Below are positions 52,345-62,400 of a stretch of 64,000 nt of DNA, piece by piece. The notes under the pieces are model-generated. The model was given only the letters and a program-made list of their open reading frames with translations, searched no databases and had not been told where the DNA came from. This stretch comes from Verrucomicrobiia bacterium (lineage in GTDB: Bacteria; Verrucomicrobiota; Verrucomicrobiia; Limisphaerales; DASXHY01). Made by a program: the position numbers and the translations under genes. How positions within the stretch are numbered: the first letter of the stretch is position 1; each line of letters opens with the position of its first letter. Where the stretch lies: contig DATAZE010000049.1 in assembly GCA_036272195.1 (NCBI GenBank), positions 1 through 64,000 of the forward strand. The letters are read 5' to 3'.

Positions 52345-53048
52345 TGGTCGAAGTGAGACCAACAGGCCGCCAGCGAAAATCGGGAGTGGTCGTGCCGCAC
52401 TCGCCACGGTGGTATCAACGGCTCGGCGCTTCGCTGATTTATTTTCTCGCGCGCGCGTACACGATGACGCTGCGCACCCAGTGGGACAATCGCTCAGGTT
52501 ATTTCCTGGATAAACTGGGCGGCCCGGCAATCTATTGCCTGTGGCACAACCGGCTATTTCTTTGCATGGAGGCGTACCTGGAACAGACGCAACAGCGCAG
52601 CCTGGGCAAAGGCCTCGCCGCACTCATTAGCGCGAGCAAAGACGGAGCCTTTCTAGCCGCCGTCCTGGAGCGTTTCCGGGTCCAGCCGGTGCGCGGGTCC
52701 TCGAGCCGCCGCGGCCCACAAGCGTTGCTCGAACTAACGTCGTGGGCGGAATGCGGCTATGATCTGGCGATTACACCCGACGGCCCGCGCGGCCCGCGCT
52801 ACGTCGTACAGGAAGGCGTGATGTCGCTGGCGCAAATTACCGGCTTGCCGATCGTGCCCTTCGCGTTTCACGCGCACCGGAAAATTTGCCTGAAAAGCTG
52901 GGATGGATTTCAGATTCCGCTGCCATTTTCGCGGTGCGACCTGAGCCTGGGAAAACCGATCTATGTTCCACGCGAGGCGACTGACATTGAACGAGAAGAG
53001 ATCCGCAAACAACTGGAACGAACGCTGATCAACATTTCGCGGGATTAG
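52344..53048 (+). CDS. DUF374-domain protein (lysophospholipid acyltransferase-like)
   Basis: AIYCLWHNRLF...DGAFLAAVLERFRVQPVRGSSSRRG...ITPDGPRGPRY resembles the DUF374/LPLAT pattern. Confidence 0.55.
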   Translation: MVEVRPTGRQRKSGVVVPHSPRWYQRLGASLIYFLARAYTMTLRTQWDNRSGYFLDKLGGPAIYCLWHNRLFLCMEAYLEQTQQRSLGKGLAALISASKDGAFLAAVLERFRVQPVRGSSSRRGPQALLELTSWAECGYDLAITPDGPRGPRYVVQEGVMSLAQITGLPIVPFAFHAHRKICLKSWDGFQIPLPFSRCDLSLGKPIYVPREATDIEREEIRKQLERTLINISRD

Positions 53049-53064
53049 CTTTCTCGGGAAATTC

Positions 53065-53754
53065 TCACCCAAGGCGCGCGAGAAATTTATAAAACGCATA
53101 TCGCCGCATGATCGACCTCACGTAAGCCCTCGTATTCGGAAACCCGATTTGACCGATGAATACTGCGCTGTTGGTCGCCGCCGCGCCGCCGTTCCATTTC
53201 AGTAAATGGCCGCGGCCGGCGTTGTAATCGGCCAACGCGAATGGCAGCGGGTCATCCGTACGCGCGTAACGCTTCATTAATTTGCCCAGGTAAAATGTCC
53301 CCGCCAGAACGTTGGTGCCGGGATCGAAACATTGTTCGTGCGAGAAATTTTGGACGTGCTCAGCCACGGCCCAATCAAGCGCCGCCGCCTCCTGGATTTG
53401 CATCAGGCCGATTTCACCGGCACGACCGCGCCGATCGGGATGAAACCGCGTCTCCCGCCAGATCACTGCCTTCACCAGGAGCGGATCGACATTGTAACGT
53501 TTCGCGGCGGCATTGATTTGTGGTTGGAATTTTCTGCCCTGGGTGGCAGCAAACCACAAATAAACGCCGCCGCTTATGAGTGCCGCCGAGCACAACGCAA
53601 CCAGCAGCAAAATTATCCGGCGCCATTTCACGGCGTCATTGTAGCGGTGCTCCGCGGGCGTCGCATTCCAAATTTCTGATGTGCTCCAATCATTCCGGGA
53701 GCGCTGACGTCTCGGCATCGCCTCACATTTGAGACCCTCGCGCTTGACAGTCAT
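53065..53754 (-). CDS. lytic transglycosylase domain protein (SLT family)
   Basis: N-terminal TM. SLT catalytic region VKAVIWRETRFHPDRRGRAGEIGLMQI...ALADYNAGRG. Start at internal Met to avoid overlap with priA. Confidence 0.75.
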   Translation of the reverse strand: MTVKREGLKCEAMPRRQRSRNDWSTSEIWNATPAEHRYNDAVKWRRIILLLVALCSAALISGGVYLWFAATQGRKFQPQINAAAKRYNVDPLLVKAVIWRETRFHPDRRGRAGEIGLMQIQEAAALDWAVAEHVQNFSHEQCFDPGTNVLAGTFYLGKLMKRYARTDDPLPFALADYNAGRGHLLKWNGGAAATNSAVFIGQIGFPNTRAYVRSIMRRYAFYKFLARLG

Positions 53755-53782
53755 TGCGTATGCCTCAACTCTCCATTCCAGA

Positions 53783-56110
53783 ATGATCGCGCGCGTCAGC
53801 CTCGAAATCGCCCTCCGCAAGGAGTTCGATTACATGATTCCGCCCGGCCTCACCGGCCAGGTGGATGTGGGCAGTCGCGTGCAGGTGCCCTTTGGCCCGC
53901 GCAAAGTCCTCGGCTGCGTGACCGCGCTCGCTGAGGAATCGGCGCATACAAAACTGAAGCCGATCATCAAAGTCATCGGCGCGCAAACGCTGGTGACGCC
54001 AAAAGTCCTCAAGCTCGCGCGGTGGATCGCAGATTATTATTGCTGCGCGTCGGAGATTGCGCTCAAAAGCGTCCTTCCCGAAGTGGTCCGGAAGGAACAA
54101 AGCGGATGGCGCGAGCGACTCTTCGTGCGCGCGCTTCCGGTGGCGGGCGAGTTGCCAAAACTGCCGAAACGTCAGCGCGAAATCTGGAACATCATCGAGG
54201 AACGCCGCGAGTTGCCTTTGCAGGAATTGCTTGAGCTTGCCGAGACCACGGCATCCACCATTCGGCGGCTGGAAGACCGCGGCCTCGTCGAAATCGCAAA
54301 TCAAATTTCCGAGCGGGATCCCTACGCGCGCGAACATATTTTGCCGTCGCAACCGCTACCGCTCAACGCCGCGCAGGCAGAGGCATTGGAAAAAATAAAA
54401 AGCGCCATGAATGCCGGCGCCATGCAAAATTCAGATGTGCAGCTATCAACCACAGCACATCCGTCTTCTAAGACATTTCTTTTGCACGGCGTCACCGGTT
54501 CGGGAAAAACGGAGGTCTATCTTCAAGCCATTGCCCACGCTCTTGAGCAAGGCAAAGGCGCGATTGTGCTTGTGCCCGAAATTTCCCTGACGCCTCAAAC
54601 AGTGGAGCGATTCAAAGCCCGCTTCAGTTCCGGCAACTTGCAGACACTCGTGGCGGTGCTGCATTCGCATCTTTCATCGGGCGAACGGCATGATGAATGG
54701 CACAAGATACGCCAGGGCCGCGCGCGCATTGTCATCGGCGCGCGATCGGCGATCTTCGCTCCTGTGGATCCGCTGGGACTGATTATCGTGGATGAGGAAC
54801 ACGAGCACACTTACAAGCAGGAGGAATCGCCGCGTTACCACGCGCGCGACGTGGCGATCATGCGCGGCCAAATGGAAGGCGCGCCGGTCGTGCTCGGTTC
54901 GGCAACGCCATCGCTGGAGACGTATTTCAATTGCCGCAAGGGAAAATACACGCTGCTGGAATTGCCTGAGCGCGTGGACGACCAAAAAATGCCGCAGGTG
55001 CGGGTCGTGGACATGCGGCAGGCCGCCCGCAAAGAAAAGGGCACACCCATTTTTTCGCCGCAACTCAAGGAGGCCATCACGCAGCGGCTGGAACGCGGCG
55101 AGCAAACTATTTTGTTTTTGAACCGGCGAGGCTACTCGACTTCACTGCAATGCCCCAAGTGCGGTCACGTTTGCGGCTGTCCGAATTGCAGTATTTCGCT
55201 CACCTATCATCGCCTGGAACAAAAGCTTTCGTGCCACATCTGCGGTCATAGCGAAAAGGTCCCCTCGGTTTGCCCCAATGAAAGCTGTAAAAATCCTGCG
55301 ATCCGCTTTGCCGGCACAGGCACGCAGAAGGTGGAAGAAACACTGGCGAAATTATTTCCCAATGCCCGCACCAAACGCATGGATGCCGACACCATGAAGC
55401 GCAAGGATGATTACCGTACGATTCTCGGAGATTTTCGCGTGGGTAAAATCGACATCCTCGTCGGCACGCAAATGATCGCAAAAGGCCTGCATTTCCCGAA
55501 TGTCACGCTGGTGGGAATTATTTTTGCGGACCTTGCGTTGCATCAACCGGACTTCCGCGCCGGCGAGCGTACTTTTCAATTGCTCACGCAGGTCGCCGGC
55601 CGGGCCGGGCGCGGTGATATTGAGGGCCAAGTTGTGGTGCAGGCATTCACGCCATTTCATCCAGCCATTCAATTCGCGCGGCGCCATGATTTCGGCGGCT
55701 TCTACGAGCAGGAACTGGAATTTCGCGAACAACTGAAATATCCACCGTTCAGCCGGGTGGCGTTACTGACCTTGAAAGGCCGGAACGAAGAGAAGGTGAA
55801 ATTTTCCGCTGAACATTTGAAGAAGGTGCTTGAGTCAGTTGTCCAAAAATCCAAAGCCCAAAGTCCAATGTCCAAAGAAACCGCGGCGGGCGCGACCTCG
55901 GACCATGGGCCTTGGACTTCGGACTTGGTAATCGCCGGCCCCGCTCCTGCGCCTTTACTGCGGGCGGAGACGTTTTACCGTTATCAAATTATGCTGCGCA
56001 CACATCGCATGAGCGCGCTCAGCCGCGAGCTCGCAAAAATTATTCAGGCACTGGTGTTGCCGGAAGACATAATGCTGGCGGTGGATATTGATCCAGTGGA
56101 CCTCGGGTAA
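53783..56110 (+). CDS. priA: primosomal protein N' (replication restart helicase PriA)
   Basis: 3'-BD N-terminus, Walker A LLHGVTGSGKTEVYL, DEEH, Cys-rich zinc-binding region (CPKCGHVCGCPNCSISLTYH...CHICGH), helicase C motifs. Confidence 0.9.
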   Translation: MIARVSLEIALRKEFDYMIPPGLTGQVDVGSRVQVPFGPRKVLGCVTALAEESAHTKLKPIIKVIGAQTLVTPKVLKLARWIADYYCCASEIALKSVLPEVVRKEQSGWRERLFVRALPVAGELPKLPKRQREIWNIIEERRELPLQELLELAETTASTIRRLEDRGLVEIANQISERDPYAREHILPSQPLPLNAAQAEALEKIKSAMNAGAMQNSDVQLSTTAHPSSKTFLLHGVTGSGKTEVYLQAIAHALEQGKGAIVLVPEISLTPQTVERFKARFSSGNLQTLVAVLHSHLSSGERHDEWHKIRQGRARIVIGARSAIFAPVDPLGLIIVDEEHEHTYKQEESPRYHARDVAIMRGQMEGAPVVLGSATPSLETYFNCRKGKYTLLELPERVDDQKMPQVRVVDMRQAARKEKGTPIFSPQLKEAITQRLERGEQTILFLNRRGYSTSLQCPKCGHVCGCPNCSISLTYHRLEQKLSCHICGHSEKVPSVCPNESCKNPAIRFAGTGTQKVEETLAKLFPNARTKRMDADTMKRKDDYRTILGDFRVGKIDILVGTQMIAKGLHFPNVTLVGIIFADLALHQPDFRAGERTFQLLTQVAGRAGRGDIEGQVVVQAFTPFHPAIQFARRHDFGGFYEQELEFREQLKYPPFSRVALLTLKGRNEEKVKFSAEHLKKVLESVVQKSKAQSPMSKETAAGATSDHGPWTSDLVIAGPAPAPLLRAETFYRYQIMLRTHRMSALSRELAKIIQALVLPEDIMLAVDIDPVDLG

Positions 56111-56142
56111 GTTAACGAAAGCCTGCCGGGACGAAAGGCGAC

Positions 56143-56946
56143 CTACTTCACCTTTACCCGAAATTCGCTCGCATTCGTGATCTTCGCCAAATCACCGCCG
56201 TAGAATGCCGCGCGATAATTCTCGGTTTCCAACAGGTGCTGCTCCAAATCTTTCTTATCGCGTTTAAGGATGAATTTGAGCTCGTCCATGTCGTCCGACC
56301 AGCGAAAGCCGTTGAAGAATTGCGAGCCGGCAAATTGCGTTTTATAGAGCGCGTTGTGCGAGTAACAGGTGCCCAGGTAAAGATGTTTCAAGCCCCGCTC
56401 GGCGAATAATGCCGCCGCGTAAGTCATCATGAACATGCCCAGATTGCGCGCGTAGTAATTCAAGTCGTAGAACGCGTAATAATAAAACGCCAGTTCCCTG
56501 CCTTCGAGATATACTGTCGCAGCGCCCACTTCCGTGCCCGTCTTCACGTCGATGAACAAAAGAAGGTGTGAAATAATCGGCGAAGCGAACAACCCGTCGA
56601 GCCGCTCGAACGTCATCACGTCTTTGCCGAATTTAATGTCCGCGTAGGTCTTGAAAAATTGGCGGCGTTCCGCGGTATAATCGTATTTGTCGCGCGGGAC
56701 AAGTTTGACCTCGATGCCTTCGCCCTTACGCAGGATGCGGCGGTTCTCAGACGACGGCTTGAACTTCGCGAGGTTTATCCGCACCTGGCGGCAAAGATAA
56801 AAACGGTCCAAGTTGCGCGACGACGGAAGAAAGCCGGCGTTGAAAATGTCCGAGGGAGCTTCGCCCGACTCCGGCACGGCCCAAATGGCGTAGGGAAATT
56901 GATAATGATCGTAATCGGAGTTTTGTTCAGAGAATAAAAGTTTCAT
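56143..56946 (-). CDS. arginyl/leucyl-tRNA--protein transferase-like protein (ATE/Bpt family, N-end rule)
   Basis: ATE_N/ATE_C-like region (FKTYADIKFGKDVMTFERLDGLFA...YLGTCYSHNALYKTQFAGSQFFNGFRW). Confidence 0.45.
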   Translation of the reverse strand: MKLLFSEQNSDYDHYQFPYAIWAVPESGEAPSDIFNAGFLPSSRNLDRFYLCRQVRINLAKFKPSSENRRILRKGEGIEVKLVPRDKYDYTAERRQFFKTYADIKFGKDVMTFERLDGLFASPIISHLLLFIDVKTGTEVGAATVYLEGRELAFYYYAFYDLNYYARNLGMFMMTYAAALFAERGLKHLYLGTCYSHNALYKTQFAGSQFFNGFRWSDDMDELKFILKRDKKDLEQHLLETENYRAAFYGGDLAKITNASEFRVKVK

Positions 56947-56974
56947 AGTGAACCCGGAATGGACGCGGCGAGCA

Positions 56975-58162
56975 TCACACCGAAACCGTTTCCCTCGTGT
57001 GTTGGTGTTTGCTTGAGTCGTTCACGCATTTGCGGCGCAGGCGCAGGCGCCAGCTGGTGAGCACTTCGTAGCTCACCGAACCCTTGAGCTTCGCCATGTC
57101 GTGCACGGTGATTTCCTCCGCGCCCTGCCGGCCCATGAGGACCGCTTCATCCCACATTTGCGCCTCGGGAATATCCGTGATGTCCACCATCAACGCGTCC
57201 ATCGCGATGCCGCCGACGAGCGGCGCGCGCTTGCCGTGAATCAGCGCCCCGCCCTGGTTGCGCACGCGCGGAAAACCGTCGCCGTAGCCAATCGGCAGCA
57301 CGGCGACGCGGCGGGGTGAAGACGCGGTGTAACGCATGCCGTAGCCGACCACCTCGCCCGGCTCGAGTTTTTGGATCGCGGCAATGCGCGCCTTTACTGA
57401 CATGACCGGCTCGATGCCCGCGATGCGGCGGCACACCGTCGATGGAAAAATGCCAAACATCAAAATACCCGTGCGAATCATATCGCGATGCGCGTGCGCA
57501 AGGTCCAAAAATCCGCCGCTGTTACACAGATGCTGGCACTTCACGCGGATGCCCTTTTCAGCCAAGCCGGCCATGACTTCATCGAAGCGTGAAATCTGGA
57601 GGTTCGCGAATGTTTTGTCCGTTTCATCGGACTGTGCGAAGTGAGTCATGGCCCCTTCGAGCAGCAGGGATTTCTCGGAGCAAATCAATTCGATCAGCGA
57701 AAGCGCCTCGTCCCAACGAACCCCGTAACGGCTCATTCCGGTATGAATTTTTACATGGACCGGCACGCGTTTACCCGCCTCGGCAGCGATGTGGGCGAGT
57801 TTACGCAAAGTGTTCGGTTCGTTGACACAGACGGTCAAATCATGGGCAACGCACCACGGCAGTTCGGCTTCCTGCCGTTCCCCAAGCAAGAGCAGCGAGG
57901 CGGTGATGCCAGCGTCGCGAAGCGTCATGGCCTCTTCCAGCGTGCTCAAGCCGAGGCAGTTGGCGCCTTCGTCCAGAGCGATTCGCGCCACATCCAAAGC
58001 GCCGTGGCCGTAGGCTTCGTCTTTAACCACTGCCATCATTTTGACCTTGGCCGGAAGATCGCGGCGGATGAGTTGCAGGTTGCGGCGCAGGCGGCCGAGG
58101 TCAATCTCAGTCCAGGCCGGGCGCAACGGAAAGTTTGTCGAATTTAAGTCCATTTTGACCAA
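56975..58162 (-). CDS. alr: alanine racemase
   Basis: PLP-Lys motif AVVKDEAYGHG, TIM-barrel + C-terminal beta domain (VGYGMRYTA...GRQG), short C-terminal extension. Confidence 0.85.
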   Translation of the reverse strand: MVKMDLNSTNFPLRPAWTEIDLGRLRRNLQLIRRDLPAKVKMMAVVKDEAYGHGALDVARIALDEGANCLGLSTLEEAMTLRDAGITASLLLLGERQEAELPWCVAHDLTVCVNEPNTLRKLAHIAAEAGKRVPVHVKIHTGMSRYGVRWDEALSLIELICSEKSLLLEGAMTHFAQSDETDKTFANLQISRFDEVMAGLAEKGIRVKCQHLCNSGGFLDLAHAHRDMIRTGILMFGIFPSTVCRRIAGIEPVMSVKARIAAIQKLEPGEVVGYGMRYTASSPRRVAVLPIGYGDGFPRVRNQGGALIHGKRAPLVGGIAMDALMVDITDIPEAQMWDEAVLMGRQGAEEITVHDMAKLKGSVSYEVLTSWRLRLRRKCVNDSSKHQHTRETVSV

Positions 58163-58311
58163 GCTTGTTTAAGCACGAAACAAACCAAATGGCACGAGAA
58201 AACCGCTGAGATTCCTGTCAAATGTCATTTTCCACCATCTTGCCAGCGCCAGCGGACGCCAATGAGGTGTTCACTTGATAAGCCGGCCCCCATCCGTTAT
58301 TCCATCTCCTC

Positions 58312-59211
58312 ATGCAACCCTACGAACTGAAATTGGAGGGAGTCATTTCCTTTCCCTGCACACCCTTTAAAAGCGATCTCTCGCTAGATCTCGACGGATT
58401 GCGAAAAAATCTCCGTTCTCTGCTGAAACATCCAGTTTGCGCCGTGGTAGCCCCGGCGGGCACAGGAGAAATTCATTGCCTCTCACCGGCTGAACATTTA
58501 GCGGTCGTCAAGGCGACAGTCGAAGAAGTCAACGGGCGTGTGCCGGTGCTGACCGGTGTGGGGTTTAACCTCGCCATGGCGGCCGATATGGCCCGGCAAG
58601 CCGCAACCGCAGGCGTCAGCGGAATTCTCGCTTTCCCGCCATATTATCCAAGTCCTGACGAAGAAGGTATTGTGGCCTATTACAAGGGCATCGCGGAAGC
58701 CACTCCGCTCGGGTTGTTGATTTATAGCCGCGATTGGTTCAATCCCTCACCGGCTCTCGTCGAAAAACTCGCGCGGACAATTCCCAACCTGATTGCGTGG
58801 AAAGACGGTCAGGCCGACATGCGCCGTTATCAAATGATCCGCCAGCGCGTCGGTGATCGCCTGCACTGGATCGGCGGCGCGGGCGACGACGCGGTGCCCG
58901 CTTATTACACCATCGGAGTTCGCACCTACACATCCAGCATTGCCAACGTGGCGCCGAAACTCTCTCTGCGCCTGCATGAATTGGCTTCGGCCGGTTACTC
59001 GGACGAACTGACAAAATTGATGAACGAATTGATCGTTCCACTCTACGCCTTGCGGGCGCGTCGAAAGGGCTACGAAGTCTCCGTCATGAAATCGATGATG
59101 GAGATGGCTGGACTGGTTGGTGGTCCGGTGCGTCCACCGTTGGTCGATTTGAAACCTGATGAAATCGAAACGCTGCGCGGCATGATGGACAAGTGGAAGC
59201 CCTGGCTGTGA
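58312..59211 (+). CDS. dihydrodipicolinate synthase / N-acetylneuraminate lyase family protein (DapA/KdgD-like)
   Basis: TIM-barrel class I aldolase motifs (ISFPCTPF, VVAPAGTGEIHCLS, PVLTGVG, Lys region in IAWKDG). Confidence 0.7.
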   Translation: MQPYELKLEGVISFPCTPFKSDLSLDLDGLRKNLRSLLKHPVCAVVAPAGTGEIHCLSPAEHLAVVKATVEEVNGRVPVLTGVGFNLAMAADMARQAATAGVSGILAFPPYYPSPDEEGIVAYYKGIAEATPLGLLIYSRDWFNPSPALVEKLARTIPNLIAWKDGQADMRRYQMIRQRVGDRLHWIGGAGDDAVPAYYTIGVRTYTSSIANVAPKLSLRLHELASAGYSDELTKLMNELIVPLYALRARRKGYEVSVMKSMMEMAGLVGGPVRPPLVDLKPDEIETLRGMMDKWKPWL

Positions 59212-59450
59212 CCCGGGGCACCGCTCTCCTGCGTGGCAACGGTTTCAACGCAAATGACGAATGAAGAATGGCCTGGCGGGCACTTGACTCCATTTGTCAT
59301 TCACCATTAAAGAGTCACTTTCAGTTGGACATTTACGCTGAAGTAACCGATTAGTTATAACTCTTATCGCTAAAGGCGATTTGTAAATCGTGCCTTTGCA
59401 GTTACAATGAAAACATTGGTGGTTAGTTACCGGATCTAGCTTTAAAGGGT

Positions 59451-60695
59451 ATGGATGAATCACAGCCTCAGGGCGCCACTCCTCCGAAAACAAACGGCGG
59501 GGAAAATGCCCCCGCAAAAAACGCCGGGCGTTCCATCTGGAAACGTCCGCCGGTTGTCATTTTGGGAACCATTGTTCTTGCGCTGATTCTTATTTGGAGT
59601 CTCGCGGAGGTCGCGAAAAGTTTCTCCCACGAAAGCACTGATGATGCCTTCCTAGCTGCGGACATCGTGTCCATTTCTCCTAAGATTTCGGGCGAAGTAA
59701 AACAGGTTTTCGTAAAGGACAATCAGACGGTTAAGGCGGGAGATCCGCTCGTGGAAATTGACCCGCGCGATTACGCAACCGCGCTCGCGGAGAAAAAAGC
59801 CGCACTGGCGGCGGCAAATGCCAATACTAATGTCATTGCTTCCAGCTTCCAGATGCTGGGCGTGCAAATCACCACCGCCGAAGCCACCGCACAGCAATCC
59901 GCCGCACAGGCCGCCGCCGACCAGGCCACCGCCGAGAAGGCTGCCTCAGACCAGAAACGCGCCCAGGATTTATTTGAGCGAAAAATCATTGCCCCGCAGG
60001 AATTCGATTCCGCCAAAGCCATCGCCGACGCGGCCACTAATACTTTGAAAGCCAGCGAGGCCAAGGCCGCCAGTGATCGCTCTAAAATTGACGAAGCCAG
60101 GGCCGAATTCGAAGCTGGGCGCAGCGCTTATTATCGCGCCCTCGCCCAGGCCACACAGGCGGACGTCGATGTTTCCCAGGCCGATTTGAGCCTGTCTTAC
60201 GCCCACATCGTGGCGCCAGCGGACGGTCGCATCACGCGCAAGGCGGTCGAACCTGGCGATTACGTCCAGGTCGGTCAGCGGTTGATGGCGGTTGTGCCCA
60301 CCAACATCTGGATCGTCGCCAATTTCAAAGAGACGCAATTAACAAAAATTCGAACCAACCAGCCAGTTGAAATTTCCGTGGACGCAATCCATGGACGCAC
60401 CTTTACGGGGCATGTCGAAAGCATCCAGGCCGGCAGCGGCGCAGCTTTCAGTTTGTTGCCTCCGGAAAACGCGGTGGGCAATTACGTGAAAGTCGTTCAG
60501 CGCGTTCCGGTGAAAATTGTTTTTGATGACCCGCTCGATGCCGGGCACGTGCTTGGGCCGGGCATGTCGGCAGTGCCGAGCGTTCAAGTGGGAGCGCCAG
60601 TTTCCAAAGCGGTCGTCATCGTGATCGCAATCCTGGTCGCGCTCGGAATCGGAGTTTTCTGGTGGCGCGCCGCGACTAAACGGCCTGCCGCGTAG
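59451..60695 (+). CDS. emrA: HlyD-family secretion protein (EmrA-like membrane fusion protein)
   Basis: N-terminal TM, long coiled-coil hairpin, beta-barrel motifs (IVAPADGRITRKAVEPGDYVQVGQRLMAVVP), C-terminal TM. Confidence 0.8.
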   Translation: MDESQPQGATPPKTNGGENAPAKNAGRSIWKRPPVVILGTIVLALILIWSLAEVAKSFSHESTDDAFLAADIVSISPKISGEVKQVFVKDNQTVKAGDPLVEIDPRDYATALAEKKAALAAANANTNVIASSFQMLGVQITTAEATAQQSAAQAAADQATAEKAASDQKRAQDLFERKIIAPQEFDSAKAIADAATNTLKASEAKAASDRSKIDEARAEFEAGRSAYYRALAQATQADVDVSQADLSLSYAHIVAPADGRITRKAVEPGDYVQVGQRLMAVVPTNIWIVANFKETQLTKIRTNQPVEISVDAIHGRTFTGHVESIQAGSGAAFSLLPPENAVGNYVKVVQRVPVKIVFDDPLDAGHVLGPGMSAVPSVQVGAPVSKAVVIVIAILVALGIGVFWWRAATKRPAA

Positions 60696-60699
60696 AAAA

Positions 60700-62280
60700 A
60701 TGCCCGCTGCATCCGCCAGTAAGATTCAGCAGCCGTGGCAGCCCAACCACAACCCGTGGCTCATCGCCGTTGCGGTCATGGCCGCCACGTTCATGGAAGT
60801 GCTCGACACCTCGGTCGCGAATGTTTCGCTTCCGCACATCGCCGGCAATCTGTCCGTCACCACCGACGAAGCCACCTGGGTCCTGACCAGCTATCTCGTC
60901 TCCAACGCCATCGTGCTGCCGATCACCGGCTGGCTGGGAATTTATTTTGGACGGAAACGGCTGCTCGTTATCTGCGTCATCATTTTTACGATCGCTTCGA
61001 TCCTTTGCGGCATGGCGCCGAGCCTGCCATTTCTCATCGTCGCGCGCGTCCTTCAAGGTGTCGGAGGCGGCGCCATGCAACCGATTGCGCAGGCGGTGTT
61101 GCTGGAAAGTTTTCCACCGGAAAAACGGGGCGTGGCCATGGCCACGTACGGCATGGGTGTCATTGTCGCGCCAATTCTGGGGCCAACGCTGGGCGGTTGG
61201 ATCACCGACAATTATTCCTGGCGCTGGATTTTTTACATCAACGTGCCGGTCGGGATTTTCGCCGTGCTTATGGCGCAGGCGTTCATTGAAGATCCTCCCT
61301 ACATTAAGAATGCAAAGGTCGAAAGTGTAGACTTTTATGGTTTCGCTTTTCTGGCCGTGTGGCTGGGAACATTGCAAGTCGTGCTCGACAAAGGCCAGCA
61401 GGAGGACTGGTTTGCCTCCGATTGGATCGTGTGGTTTTCCGTGATTTCAACGGTGTGCTTTATCGCGTTCGTCATGCGTGAGCTGCGTACCGATCATCCC
61501 ATCGTGAACTTGCGCGTCCTCAAGAATCGGAATTTCGTTGCCGGTGTGGTGCTGATTACGTGCCTCGGTGGCGTGCTTTACGGCACTACCGCGGCCTTGC
61601 CTATTTTTCTGCAGACATTGATGGGTTACCCGGCGTTGCAAAGTGGATACGCCCTCAGCCCGCGCGGCATCGGCGCGCTAATCACCACTTTCATCGTGGG
61701 ACGGCTCATTGGAAAAGTGCCCAACCGGCTCCTCATCACGGTTGGATTCATCCTGCTCGCCATGTCCTCCTTCTGGCTTGGAATGATTAATCTCCAGATT
61801 TCCGTTTGGAACATCATCTGGCCGAGCGTACTGAACGGAATTGCAATTAGTTTCATCTTTGTCGCGCTCACGACCTCGGCCATGGGGCATCTCCGCCAGG
61901 AACAGATGGGCAACGCCGCCGGCATCTATAACTTAATGCGAAATCTTGGCGGCAGTTTCGGCATCGCCTCAGTCACGACGATCATCGCCCGCCGCTCCCA
62001 GATCCATCAGGCCCTAATGGTCGGCCACCTGACGCCTTACGACCCCGCCTACACCCAGCAACTCGCCGCTGCACAACACGCCCTCACCCCAAGCGTCGGT
62101 TCGTGGCTCGCGCATGAACAGGCGCTCGGGTTGCTTTACAATTCCTTGCTTCAACAAAGCACTTTATGGGCGTTCGTCGAGAACTTCCGACTCTTCGGAA
62201 TTTTGTGCTTGGTTTGCCTTCCCCTGATTTTATTATTCAAACGCGTCCGGCGCGGACAAAAGGCTATCGCGGCGCATTGA
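60700..62280 (+). CDS. emrB: MFS transporter, DHA2 family (EmrB/QacA-like, 14 TM)
   Basis: MFS motif A (GWLGIYFGRKRLL), motif C (GPTLGGWITDNYSWRWIFYINVPVG), 14 predicted TM; follows emrA with a 4-nt gap. Confidence 0.85.
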   Translation: MPAASASKIQQPWQPNHNPWLIAVAVMAATFMEVLDTSVANVSLPHIAGNLSVTTDEATWVLTSYLVSNAIVLPITGWLGIYFGRKRLLVICVIIFTIASILCGMAPSLPFLIVARVLQGVGGGAMQPIAQAVLLESFPPEKRGVAMATYGMGVIVAPILGPTLGGWITDNYSWRWIFYINVPVGIFAVLMAQAFIEDPPYIKNAKVESVDFYGFAFLAVWLGTLQVVLDKGQQEDWFASDWIVWFSVISTVCFIAFVMRELRTDHPIVNLRVLKNRNFVAGVVLITCLGGVLYGTTAALPIFLQTLMGYPALQSGYALSPRGIGALITTFIVGRLIGKVPNRLLITVGFILLAMSSFWLGMINLQISVWNIIWPSVLNGIAISFIFVALTTSAMGHLRQEQMGNAAGIYNLMRNLGGSFGIASVTTIIARRSQIHQALMVGHLTPYDPAYTQQLAAAQHALTPSVGSWLAHEQALGLLYNSLLQQSTLWAFVENFRLFGILCLVCLPLILLFKRVRRGQKAIAAH

Positions 62281-62284
62281 GGTT

Positions 62285-62393
62285 GGTCAAATCAGTTAAA
62301 TAAGTTAAATGGGTTAAATTAGTGAATGAGCAGCGAATCGCAGAGTCCCCACCCATTGAACCGATTTAACTTATTTAATTCGTTTAACTGACC
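62285..62393. repeat. AT-rich ~40-bp imperfect inverted repeat pair between emrB and lutA (core TTAAATAAGTTAAAT)
   Basis: GGTCAAATCAGTTAAATAAGTTAAATGGGTTAAATTAGTG ... CCCATTGAACCGATTTAACTTATTTAATTCGTTTAACTGACC. Strongly AT-rich in a 60% GC context. Confidence 0.5.
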
Positions 62394-62400
62394 GCTCACC

